Below, piece after piece: positions 28,800-42,312 of a stretch of 64,000 nt of DNA. The notes beneath the pieces were generated by a model that saw nothing but the letters and a program-made list of their open reading frames with translations, did not search any database and had not been told where the DNA came from. This DNA is from Vicugna vicugna (lineage: Eukaryota), in contig MU058045.1 of NCBI GenBank assembly GCA_013265495.1, forward strand, positions 1 through 64,000, in the 5' to 3' direction. Each line of letters begins with the position of its first letter. Position 1 is the first letter of the stretch. A program made the position numbers and the translations under genes.

Positions 28800-29560
28800 A
28801 GCTAAACTCCTACTACAAAATACCTAAAAGGTCTGGATTAAAAAAACTGTTCTATTTCCTTTTAAATTAGTGGCTTAGCTAGAAAGAAAATAAGAGGGCT
28901 TCTGACAGCTGAAGCACAAATCCAGAGACCTAAGCAGGGCTAAAGTAGATAATGACCCAAAAGCTGAATATAGTAACAGCGAATTTCAAACTGTGCGCCC
29001 GTGTGAGTGGCAGGTGAAGAAGGCCTGGGCCACATAAGGGAAGAAGTCAGATCCTAAGAGCAGCCTCAGGAAGGACCACAAAAAAGACAAGAAGAAAGCT
29101 GGTCTTCCAGAGGATGAAAGAAGACTCCCATAAAAACTCATAACCACAAGCCTGCCCTCCAGCAGGAGCAGGGCACAAATGCGCACTTCATTTGAGTCTC
29201 AAGAAACATCCAGCTGAGTGATTTATTTAAAGTAGCCCCAGCTTGGAAGGCCCTCAGGCACCTGGCAGAAGCAAGCATAAATCCTGTCTGGAGGAATATA
29301 CCACCAGACCGGACCTGAAAGAACCTTGAGGGATAAAGTTTAAAACCCTAAGAGCTTATAGCATTAAAAAAAAAAATACAAAACACAAAAGGAAACAGGA
29401 CATTGGGGATGAGAGTCAGCAGAAATAGCAAACGGCAGAATAGAATTTTGTTGTTTAGACGTTGGAATTACTGGAAAACTACAAATAAATATATCTAATA
29501 TGTTTACATAAATAGAAGAGAGTTTGAAAATATGAATAAGAAAAAAATTATCAAGCGATT
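28800..29560 (+). mobile_element. Old L1 5'/ORF1-region fragment preceding the CRK retrocopy
   Basis: A-rich decayed L1M-like sequence (ggcagaagcaagcataaatcctgtctggagg, gagagtcagcagaaatagcaaacggcagaa). Confidence 0.5.
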
Positions 29561-29564
29561 AAGG

Positions 29565-31040
<1,476 letters not shown>

Positions 31041-31994
31041 TACTCCTGACTTTCCCTTCGTAGTCCTGTGACAGCTGCCACTGCTGCAAACATTGTGTCC
31101 TTAGCAAGGAACTGTCCACAGCAGGAAGGCAACAATCAAGGTTCCTCCCTTAGACATCTTTCTATTTTCATCAGAGAACAAAACTCTTTCACAGAAGCCC
31201 CAGCCCATCCCAGGTCCTCAGGTGTCATTGGCCAAAACGGAGTCACATGTCTACCCCTAAACCAATCATGGACAAAAGAGAGTGGGGGTGTCCTAGTAGA
31301 TTTAAACCAATCATCACTCAGCCCCTTCGTGGCACCCATGACCCTGTCACACCCAATCTTCCCTCAACCAGGTGGCAATTTTTTGATTTTGTCTTTGTTG
31401 TGGGGGTGACCATTACAATGTGACCTTGACTTGCTCATTCCAAACTTGGGGAGTGTGTGAAAGTTGGAGAAAACTTCTCATTAATTATTTTCAATGTTAT
31501 CTATTTGTCAAGTTTTTTTTTTAAATGCAGACAAGTACTTTATGCAGTTAGAAGCTCCAAGCAGTGCGGAAAGATTAAATGAAAAGCATGCAATAATAAT
31601 ATTTGGAGCAAGAGATGAGGCTCCTTTGTTGCTAGTGCCAATCTCTGTGTAACCACTGCTCTGCCCACCACTGATTCAGCAGTGACCGCTCTCCACAGTC
31701 TGCCCAGAGTTGTGGTGAGTATGCATATAAACTAAGACCAAAATTTCAACTGGATTTCTGAATGGATTTTCCAGACTCATAACAAAAGCAACATTCTGAA
31801 AGCCACAATGATTTGCAAGAGCCAGAGGAGAGAGATTTTTAGGATTCTAAAAATTTCTCTTTCAATATCAACAGCAGTATGACGGTGTAAACCCGGATCC
31901 AGAGATGAGACAGCGGTGGGGGACCAGCCTCCCTGTCCTTACAAGGACAGATATGGTTCCACTGGAGCAAGAGGGGAACCAGAAAGAAAGAGGA

Positions 31995-33215
31995 GCACAC
32001 CATATACAGCGATAAACTCAAATGGCTTAAAGACCTAAGTTCAAGGCATGACACCATAAAACTCCTAGAAGAGAATATAGGTAAAACATTCTTGGCCATA
32101 AATTGTAGCAATATTTTCTTAGATCGGTCTCTCAAGGCAAAAGAAATAAAAGCAAAAATAAACAAGTGGGACCTAATCAAGCTTAAAAAGCTTTTGCACA
32201 GCAAAGGAAACCTTCAACAAAACGAAAAGAAAACCTATGGAATGGGAGAAAACATTTGCAAATAATGCGACGGACAAGGGGTTAATATCCAAAATATACA
32301 AATAGTTCACACAACTCAATATCAAAAAAACAAACAACCCAATCAAAAAATGGTCAGAGGACCTAAATAGACATTTTTCCAAAGAAGCCGTACAGACGTC
32401 CAACAGGCACATGAAAAGGTTCTCAACGTCACTAATTATCAGAGAAATGTAAATCAAAACTACAATGAGGTATCACCTCACACCAATCAAAATTGCTATC
32501 ATCAAAAAGTCTACAAATAATAAGTGCTGGAGAGAATATGGAGAAAAGGAAACCCTCCTACACTGTTGGTGAAAATGCAAATTGGTGCAGTCACTATGGG
32601 GTGGTTTGTATGGAGGCTCCTTAAAAAGCTAAAAATAGAGCCACCATCTGATCTAGCAATCCCACACCTGGGTCGCTATCCGGAAAAGACGAAAACTCGA
32701 ATTCAAAAAGATACATGTACCCCAATGTTCATAACAGCACTATTTACAATAGCCAAGACATGGAAACACCCCAAGTGCCCATCAACAGACAAGTAGCTTA
32801 AGAAGATGTGGGGTGTATGTGTGTGTGTGTGTGTGTGTTTGTATACATATATATGTATGTATATATTCATATATATAATGGAATATTACTCAGACATAAA
32901 AAGAATGAAATACTGCCATTTGCAGCAACAAAAACAGACCCAGGGAATATTATACTTAGTGGAGTAAGTCAGGCAGAGAAAGACAAATATTAATGGTATT
33001 ACTTATATGTGGAATCTAAAAAATAATACAAATGAATCTATACATAAAACAGAAACAGATCCACAGATGTAGAAAACAAACCTATGGCTACCAAGGGGGA
33101 AAGGGAGGGGTAAAGCATGGGATTAACAGATACACAATACTATACATAAAATAGATAAGCAACAAGGATTTACTGTATAACACAAGGAATTATATTCAAT
33201 ATCTTGTAATAACTT
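31995..33215 (+). mobile_element. LINE-1 3' fragment
   Basis: ORF2 C-term remnants ([31 protein letters not shown]) and artiodactyl-type 3'UTR. Confidence 0.92.
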
Positions 33216-33600
33216 ATCTCTTATATGTAGAATCTTAAAGTCACAGTCATAGAAACAGAAAGCGGAGAAGTGGTTGTCAGGAGCTGGGGGGTCAGGGGAA
33301 GAGGGAGAGGTTGGTAAGAGGGTACAAACTTTCAGCTATTAAGATGAATAAGAACTGATGGTTTTAATGTAAAACATGGTAACTATAGTTGATAACACTG
33401 TAATGTTTAATTGAAATCTGCTAAAAGAGTAGAATTCAAGTGTTCTCACTTAGAAAACAAGAGAAGTATGTGAGGTTATGGATATTCTAACTATATGGGA
33501 GAATCCTTTTACAATGTATACATGTATCAAATCATGATGTACACTTTAAATATCTTACAACTTTATATGTCAGTTACACCTCAATGAAGAAGAAATTTTA
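33216..33600 (+). mobile_element. Second, older L1 3'UTR fragment abutting the CLEC10A 3'UTR
   Basis: gggtacaaactttcagctattaagatgaataag...tgtatcaaatcat...tacacctcaatgaa, typical L1MA/L1MB 3' end. Confidence 0.8.
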
Positions 33601-33778
33601 AAAATACCTTAGGAACACTATACAGTCTTTTCAAAATTAAGGAAAAATATTTGAAATGATGGCAGTGCTCCAGTCTCCCTGGGCTCATCTGTCTCCCACA
33701 GAGAGACAAGTTCCCCTCCCCCAACCCCGCCAGTTCCTTGGTGGCGCGGGTCCACAGGAAACAACTCGGGCCACCCTC

Positions 33779-36404
33779 CTAGGTGGCCTTGCTCAGCCCA
33801 GCCTCGCAGATCCAGCGGTAGGGCCTCTGGCAGGCATCGTCATTCCACTTGCCATCGGGATGGAAGTGCGCACAGTCCTCGCCCCCACCCAGCCCGTGCC
33901 CGGACCAGTCATCTGGCTGACCCGGCTTCCAATTCCTGGGGGCAGAGGACAACAGCCAACTCAGAAGGTCAGATGGAACAGAACCCAGGTCTGGGAAGCA
34001 GGGGCCGTGGGTCAGACCCTCTAGGAGCAGAGCTGAAGGAGGGAGGACACAGAAAGCTGGGGGTACTCACTTGAAGTTGGTCTCATAGTCCGTCCCATCC
34101 GCCCACTTCCAGACTCCATCCAGATCGCTGAGACCCATCCAGGTGTAGGAGGCGATGTGGGCCTGGACAAAATTCTGGGGGGACAGAAGGGCTTGGTGAC
34201 CTCTCCCCATCCCAGCCAGCTCCTTGGACTAGCAGTTCTGAACTTCACGTGTCAATTACATTGTTTGAGGAGATTCCAGGGCCAGTTAAACTTCTGAGGG
34301 TCTGGCTCAGATGGCAGTAGTTTTTAAAGCTCCCCAGGTGACTCCAATGTGCAGCCAAGGTTGAGAACCGTTTGCTTCAATGGGACATATCTTGGGACGC
34401 GAGGTCCAGAGGCCCTCACCTGCTCCTCCCTGGAGTTGATGACCACCAGGTGGGCGTCCTCCAGCTGACACTGCTTCTCAGCCTCAGGCCAGGGCTTTCC
34501 AGAGGAAGAGAACCAGTAGCAGCTGCCTTCGTGCTCCAGCCAATTAGTGGGACAGCAGGTGTTGCGAGACCCTAAGGGGCCGGGGTTGGGGAGGGTCTGA
34601 GATGCTGCCCAGGGGCCGTGGGCAGGAAGTAGGGCCAGGCACGCCCCCCAAACCCCTCACCATTGCTCTCCAGAGCAGCCACCTTGCAGGTCAGGGACTT
34701 CAAGTTCTTGACCAGATGTTGGACTTGCAGGAGCATTTCCGAATAACCTGGGACACACACAGATGGGCAGTGGAGACAGTGCCCTGGGTGTGAGGTCTGC
34801 TCCATGAGCCCCTGGAGACCAGAGGTCCATGCATGGGAGCCCCCTTGCCCTCCCTTGCCCAGGTGGAGGGGAGCAGGGGCCTGACCTGCCTTGAGTTCCT
34901 GCTGCTGATTCTCCAACTTGCCATCCAGGGAAAACATCTTGTCGTTCAAGCTACGGGCTGGAGGGGGGGGCACTCAGCACCACGTGGCTGCCCCCATTCC
35001 CGCTCTGTCCTGAGAGCCTGGCCCCGGCCCCTCCACACACTCTCCCGGAGTGTCTCTCACCTGCCTGTAATTCCTGCTTGTGGTTTTCCACTTCGGCTTT
35101 CAGGAATGTTATCTTTTCTTGCAAACTGCCATCTGGAGGACAGGGGGACTCAACTCAGAAGTTAGCCTTCCTGGCTTCCCCACTGCACCCTACCCAGGTC
35201 CAGAGCCCCTTCCATGCCTGGCTCACCCTGGGAGTTCAGTGCCTGGACCTCAGCCGCCGTGTTTGAAGTGAAATTGCTAAAAGTCGTTCTCAGGGTCACC
35301 AGGTCCCTCTGAAACTTGGAATCTGATCAGGTGGATGGGACAATCAGTGCTAGGGGCCAGCAGGCTCCCTCTCTGCCAGCACTGGGTGGGGTACTTGACG
35401 TGCCTTGTCTCACTGGTCCCCACAGGGACCCAACCCAAAGGGACAGGCACTGTTGTTATTCAGTGTTGCAGGCAGGAAACTGAGGCCTAGAGCGGTGAAG
35501 TAATTTGACTTCGTTCCCCAATTGATAAGTGACAAAGCCAGCAGTCACCCTCATCCATCACTATCGCCATCCACGCCCCCCTCCCCCACCACAACCGGTT
35601 ATTTCTCTCGTCCCCACCCACCCTGTGCCCCTCACTTTGGGATCCGATCACACAGATGCCAACCAGCAGGAGGAGGCTGAGGCTCAGGGAGAGCAGGAGG
35701 GGCCAGGGGACAGAGAGGACACGTTGTAGGAAGGTCCGTGGGGGAGGCAGCCCTGCAAGAGGAGAGGGTGTCAGGATGAGAAGGGTCCGGACAGGAGAGA
35801 GACGGGGAGGAAGAGAGGGCCACGGAGACCTGTCGGGGGGAAGGCTGGTGCAGGTAGTGCTTGGAGGAGCCTGGACAAGGAGGATTGTGGGACAGGGGAC
35901 GTCCAAGCCTCTGACTCCTCATGGACCAGCGCAAGTGCTCCATCACCTGGGCCCCTCACACCCCCGGGGACACATATACACAGAGACACACAGACAGGGG
36001 ACGATGCGATAGGTAAGGTCCTATCATCAGAGCTGGGGGAGGTGGCGGGAGGACCCAGAGAGAGCTGGGAGCAGCCAGATCCTTAACAGGCTCATATTTA
36101 TCAGTGAAAACAGGTTAGAAAATGGGTTTGATGCCCTCTCCAGAGCATAGGAGGCCAGGCCTGCTGTGGACCTTGAACCCTCTTCCTACAGGGGCTCCCA
36201 GAGGCTGGGGCCTGACCCCCTTAGCATGGAGGACCCCACCAGTACACATGGTAGAAGTGCAGACAGGACCTGACCACAGAAACCCTTCTAAACATGAAGA
36301 GGGGATTTAGGAAAGACCGTTCCTCCTTCCCTCTTACCATCTGTAGAGCCATGGCTTTTCTTCTCGCTCTCCAAGTACTGGAGGTCTTCATACTTCACTG
36401 ACAT
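33779..36404 (-). CDS. CLEC10A: C-type lectin domain family 10 member A (MGL/CD301), type II membrane Gal/GalNAc lectin, 307 aa, 9 coding exons
   Basis: Minus-strand exons 36404-36338, 35752-35636, 35322-35227, 35132-35061, 34957-34886, 34747-34661, 34571-34420, 34174-34071, 33935-33779 (924 nt). YEDL endocytosis motif, TM segment, coiled-coil neck, CRD with [28 protein letters not shown]. Confidence 0.94.
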
Positions 36405-37196
36405 GCTTGGACCAACACAGCTTCTGAGGCCGTCGGAGATGAAATGGAGGCAGGGCCAGTGGCCAGGCAGGGGCAGGAGCTGGGGTAGAGGGGAGGCTGG
36501 GACTAGGTAGAAGCTGTGGTCAGGGCCAGAGCTGAGGTAAGGGATGAGGGTCGAGAAGGAACCGGGGCCAAGGCTAGGCGCGGGGAGGGGAAGGGCTTCG
36601 GTTTGCAGCTGAGGTCGGAAGTTGGGTCAAGGTTAGGCCTGAGCGAGGGTCACGTTGAGTTTGGGGTTGATGGCAGAGGTAGAGTTGGAGCTACACGTAT
36701 TGCTAGGACTGGACCTAACATTGAGGCTGGAAGCGAGATTGCATCTCCTGCTACGACTGGGGTCAGTACTCATGTTGAAGCTATGGATGGAGTTGGACCT
36801 AAGCGGAAGTTGGAAATAGGATACAGTGGAAGTTCAAGCCTGGGTTGGGGCTGGTGATAAGATTCAAGCAGACTCTAGGGCTGAAGCTGAGGGGAAGTTG
36901 GGGTTACTATGGGGTTCGGGCTGTGGCTGGGGTGGAGGCTGAAGATGAGGCTGGAACTAGGCTTGAGAAGGGGCTGAGTGCGAGTCTCAGCTTGTGACCA
37001 AGGTTGTAGCTGCCATTATTCAATCGGCATCCATTGTAGGGAAGAGTCTAAAATCTCCACTCGGTCATTAAATCCCCAGCTGCCCCCATATATATCTTCT
37101 CACTCAGTCCCACCTAAGACCCACAGTCCCCAATCCCTGCTTTCTCTGACATCCTCCCTGTCCCCTTGGTCTCATCTGCATCCCCAGCCCGGTTAC

Positions 37197-37330
37197 CTGT
37201 GAAAAGTCGAGAGGAGGTGATCCCTGAGTTCTTTGTGCAGTAATGACCAGAGGTGGAAAAAATTAAATCCTCAAAAGCAGGAGTGGGGCTGACAGAAGGA
37301 GGAGCCGCCAGGAGTCTATAAATGGGGATC
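37197..37330 (-). promoter_or_regulatory. Putative CLEC10A non-coding exon 1 / core promoter
   Basis: Minus-strand donor CAG|GTAACC at 37197/37196; TATA-like CATTTATAG ~37316-37324; acceptor ctaccccag at 36480 ahead of the ATG exon. Confidence 0.45.
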
Positions 37331-38449
37331 TCCCCAGTTGGGGCAGTAAATAACAACAGGGAGGAATTGAAATCAGGACCCAGGCAGATGGTGTGTAGGG
37401 GCAGCTGGATATAGGGCCAGCTTTAATCTCTTCCTCCAGGGAGTGTTTACTCCCTTTCCGCTTCTTTTGAGCTCCCCTAACTTCCTCAATTTTCCCACTT
37501 GAGGGAGAGGAGTTAGACCAGAAGAAACCAGAGGTGCCATCTGTTGTTTCTCCTCTGCCCCACACCTCTTTCACTTCCTGCATCTGAATGAATATCAGAA
37601 TTGTCGGTGTCCCCATCACTGCACAACCGGGGCCAGAGGAACTCATTGCTGTGCTCTTGCTCAGTCCTGACGCTGAGTCCCAGGCATCTGCGCTTCCTCT
37701 GGGGTCTCAGTCATGGAGCTCGGCCAGCTCTGGTCAGCTCTTCTCACTCCATTCAGAAGGAGGGGAGAGGGTGGCTGAGAATAGGATCTCCTGGCCAGAA
37801 TGGGAGGGGAGGAGCCTTGGAAAAAAGAATTTATTGAGCACCAAATCTGCGATGAGGATTGTGCCAGACATTTGCCGTGCATTAACCATTCAATTCCCAC
37901 CAGAACCTTGAGACGAACTTGGGATGATGGACTGAGGCTCAGAGCCATTGCGTGACTTGCCCAAGATCACATATCTGGTAAGCAAAAGAGAATTCAAGCC
38001 CAGTGCTGCCTGACACCGTAACCTGGGCTCTCTCCACATACACAATCTTAACGAAAGGATTCAGTTCAATCCTGTCAACCCTTTCCATCCTTGCAAGGGG
38101 GCTGCCCTGAATTGACACACACAATCTTTTCAGTAGGAAGGATTCCTAGTGTCTTAAAAGGGGAAGAAGGAAAGCAAATCCATTTCAGATTTTATTTTCT
38201 AATTAAATGGGATTGTGTTCTGCTTCTTGCTCTTAAAAATTCATTTAACAAGGCTTCAGGAACACTTTGCCGCATCAGTTTACAAAATGCCCTTTATTCA
38301 CTTCTCATCTTCACCTCATGTCATAATATGTACCATAATTTATCTATTAAGCTTTTCTCTATTGATAAACATTTAGGTTGTTTCCAGTTTTGTTTTGTTT
38401 TCTTGCTTCATTTTTATTTGTTATTTGGTGTTTTCTTAATTAAAAAATT

Positions 38450-38732
38450 TTTAATTTATTATTTATTTAGTTATTATTTTAAGCAGAGGTACTGGGGAAT
38501 TGAACTCAGGACCTTGTGCCTGCTAAGCATGCATTCTACCACTGAGTTATACCCTCCCTCCAGAATTGTGGGGTTTTTTTCTTTCTGTTTGTTTGTTTTT
38601 TTTTTGGTGGGGGAGGTAATTAGATATTTATTTATACATTTATTTATTTATTTTAATGGAGGTGCTGGGGATTGAACCCAAGACCTCGTGCATGCTAAGC
38701 ACGTGCTCTGCCACTGCGCTGTACCCTCCCCC
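38450..38732 (-). mobile_element. Two tandem tRNA-derived SINEs (Vic-1-like, camelid)
   Basis: Two copies of reverse-complemented GGGGAGGGTATAGCTCAGTGGTAGAG...GCTTAGCATGCACGAGGTCCTGGGTTCAATCCCCAG with A/B boxes. Confidence 0.85.
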
Positions 38733-39355
38733 ACAGGTATTTTAATTAGTATTTGTTCCAGACTGGGTTTTGGAAGCCAGTGCTGAGACTGAATTTAGGA
38801 TGCAGGCTACTTATTAAGCATCAACACCTGTGGAAGGAAGGGGACAGGAAAGGAGAGGGCAGAGGGAGGCGTTAAACAGCTGCAAAGACCCATAAAGCTT
38901 TAGCCAATCTAACAGGGGTTTCTGGGAGTTCAGATTGCATTGCCTGCCAGAGCTGCCCATCGCTGGGCTGCAATGGGACCTTTATCACCCACCTCGCTGT
39001 CACCAAATGGAGGATACCCCAGCAAGGGCAGGACCTCAGGAGAGGTGGCTGTCTGCACAGGTTACAGTCCCCACAGCTGGGCACCCAGTCCTTCCTGGAA
39101 GGGAGGTCGGGGTCTCTTACCTCTGCGTCTACTACGATTCACACGTTAATTTGGGAATAATTGACATTTTTGCATTATTGAACTTTTCCCACCAAGAACA
39201 TAGAATGTTTCTCCATTCACTCATCCAAGCATTTACTCATTATTTTTGTGTATACATCTATCAAAACTCATCAGATTGTACATCTGAAATATGTCTAGTT
39301 TACTGTACAAGAATCATACCAAAAGAAAGGTGTTTAAAAAAAAACATGTATTGGG

Positions 39356-39849
39356 TGTTGATAAAGGAAAATTTTCACATGTTGAGGTATGGGGAAGTCA
39401 CTGGCTATCTCATGAGTTAACCTGAATTGTACATCTGCTTTAATTATTAAAGAAAAGGGAGCATTGACCAGAAGTAAAGGATGCCCATGTTAGAAGTAAA
39501 GATTAAATGCCTCTCTTCCTGGGATGCTAATGCTGGTCCTCCTTTGATAATGACTCCCTTCCCAGGTCCCAAGGCCATACCGACTCACTGTGTACATGTC
39601 AGTCTGGTTTTTTGGGGGGATTTTTTTTGAAACCTTGAAGAAATGTATCTCTAACTTGTTTAGTGTTCTTTGTTTTGACAAGATATAAAACTGTGCTGCA
39701 AACCATGCTTCTCCAGAGCAGTTTCTCAGAGTCATCTGGGAGGCTGGCATCCGGGTTATAGTCCTCAGCTTGGCTCAGATAAAACTCTTTTCTATTCTTA
39801 TCATTCTATTCTTATTCATATCATAGTTTCTGGACCATTTTTGTCAACA
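39356..39849 (+). mobile_element. ERV solo LTR
   Basis: Inverted termini TGTTGATAAA...TTTGTCAACA, internal TATAAAA (~39685); interrupts an L2-like element. Confidence 0.75.
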
Positions 39850-40615
39850 GTATCTGCACTGTGCCAGGCATCCTCCTTCAGAAGAGGCATCCTTCAGAAG
39901 TGGACAAACAGGCAGAAAAAACCCTGGTCAATAGAGCTTATATTCTAGTGGGTAACAGATGAACAGAATAAATGAGTAAAATATACATGGTCACATGGTG
40001 ATAAGTGCTATGGAGAGAAATACAGCAAGGAAGTTAGTCAGATCAGGTCAATGTCTAACAGGCTGTCAAGGGTGGCCTTATTGCGAAGATGATCTCGGAG
40101 CAAAAAAAGTCTGAAGGAGGTGAGAGGGCAAGTCATGGGGAGCCTCAGGAGGAAGAGTGTTCCAGAGGGCACAGCAAGTGCAAAGGTCCTGGTGTGGGAG
40201 AATGTCTGGTATGTACAAGGATCACCCATTTGCCAGAGATGCCAGAGATTTTATAGAGAAATGACCTAGATAGAGAAGAAGTAGGTGAGTCACAGAGGCA
40301 AAACATGGAACAACAAGTTTTTAGTGCTTTGTAAGTATTTTTGCAGATCTGTTTTTACTCAGACTTAGCGGGGCAGACTTTGAGGAGTCAGAGCAGAGGA
40401 GTGAGTGAACTGACTTAAATGTTAACTGTAACAGTGTGACTATTGTGTTGTGAATTTCATGAAAAGGGACCAGAGTGGTAACCCAGACTCCAGGTAAAGA
40501 TCTATATCCAGGTGAGAGATGATGGTGGTGGGTGTACGGGTGAGGAGAAGTGTTCTGATTCTGGACATAGAGTGAAGGTAGAATTGACAGGATTTTTGCT
40601 GATAAATTGCATATG
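39850..40615 (-). mobile_element. L2 fragment
   Basis: ctgtgccaggca, gagcttatattctagtggg, acagcaagtgcaaaggtcctgg, gaaggtagaattgacaggattt. Confidence 0.75.
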
Positions 40616-40624
40616 GATTTCACA

Positions 40625-41088
40625 CAGACTCACAGGAAAAAAAAATAGTTCTCCTTCCAGTCCTCAAAATAAGTTAAACTTTGAACATTTCCCAAACTGC
40701 TGACTCCCTAGGAAAAACAAATTTATCCCTGACTTTTGCAATGCTGATGCCTAAAGATCTGTCATGAACTTTTTGTGAACAGGATAATCATATGAGGGAA
40801 GTTCTGTTTTGCCAAAAGGAGTAGACTGATAAAAACTTGTCAATGCCGGTAATTGTGCAGAATTTCCTTCGAAACCTGTGGTTTTGTTCGATAAGCCTGT
40901 CCTCCCAAACTCTGATTCCCTTACAAGTTCTTTGCAAATAAAGTCCTTGTTTCTTCTTTCCTTTTGTGTCTGAGACTTATGGTTGACAATTATAGCCTCC
41001 TTCTTCTACATTTTCCATGATACTTACCCTCTCCCAGCACCTCAGCTGGTCAGGATTCTTTGACCAGGTAGGGTGACCCCAAACTTCA
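40625..41088 (+). mobile_element. Probable LTR fragment
   Basis: AATAAA (~40937) followed by U5-like sequence ending gtgaccccaaacttca. Confidence 0.4.
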
Positions 41089-41384
41089 TTTCTACAGCAT
41101 CCAAATCCTTGACCCATCTTTCCTGGGTCACCACAATTCACCACTGACCATTGTGTTATTGGACATGGGGGTGCTATGTGGCACCCCAGAGTCTCACGAA
41201 TTCCAGGCTCAGTCCTCTTTTTTCCCATCGTGAAGCAGCAGACCTATTTCTGTTCTTAATCAGAATCAGTCACCCGTAAAAGTACAATTACCTGCATCTC
41301 CTGCCTAATGGTATAATGAGGAGCCCAAGTCAGCCAGGATTCAGTCTCATCTTCAGATTTAAACAGAACCAAATCTGTCTTCCT

Positions 41385-41923
41385 TGCAAACAATGCAACT
41401 GACAAGGGCTTAACTTCCAGAGCATACAAACAGCTCATACAACTCAATAACAAAAAGCCCAAACACCCCAATCCAAAAATGGGCAGAAGACCTAAAACGA
41501 CATTTCTCCAATGAAGACATACAGATGGCCAAAGACACGTGAAAATATGCTCAATATCACAAAGAAATGCAAAGCAAAACTACAATGAAGTATCACTTCA
41601 CACTGGTCACAATGGACATCATTACAAAGTCCACAAATGACAAATGCTGGAGAGGGTGTGGAGAAAAGGGAACCCTCCTACACTGCTGGTGGGAATAAAA
41701 TTTGGCACAGCCACTATGGAAAACAGTATGGAGGGTCCTTTAAAAACTAAAAATAGAGCCACCATATGATCCAGCAATCCCACTCCTGGGCATATATCCA
41801 GTGGGAACTCTTAATTCGAAAAGATACATGCACCCCAATGTTCACAGCAGCTCTGTTGACAATAGCCAAGACATGGAAGCAACCTTAATGTCCACTGACA
41901 GATGACTGGATAAAGAAGATGTG

Positions 41924-41954
<31 letters not shown>

Positions 41955-41990
41955 CAATGAAATACTACTCAGCCACAAAATAAGAAATTT
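41385..41990 (+). mobile_element. LINE-1 ORF2 C-terminal fragment
   Basis: gatacatgcaccccaatgttcacagcagc, ccatatgatccagcaatcccactcctggg. Confidence 0.9.
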
Positions 41991-42187
41991 ACCCCATTTC
42001 CAACCCCAGACTTAGCAATTTGATGTGTCTTTTCAGCTATATTTCTGTGCATATTTGTATACATAAGAATACATACACATAAGTGAAGTTTTGTTTTGGT
42101 TTTTTACACAAAATTTTCTCTGTAACATACTTTTTAATTTGCTTTTTCTTTTTTCTTTTTTTGGGATAATTAATTTTTTAAAATTTA

Positions 42188-42312
42188 TTTTGGGGGGAGG
42201 TAATTAGGTTTACTTACTTATTTAGTTTTTAATAGAGGGACTGATCCCAGGATCAAACCCAGGACCTCGTGCATGCTAAGCACACACTCTACCACTGAGC
42301 TACACCCTCCCC
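42188..42312 (-). mobile_element. Vic-1-like SINE
   Basis: cccaggacctcgtgcatgctaagcacacactctaccactgagctacaccctcccc. Confidence 0.85.

Noticed and set aside
38091..38675. 194-aa hydrophobic ORF
   Set aside because: Reads through antisense L1, SINE and T-rich tails
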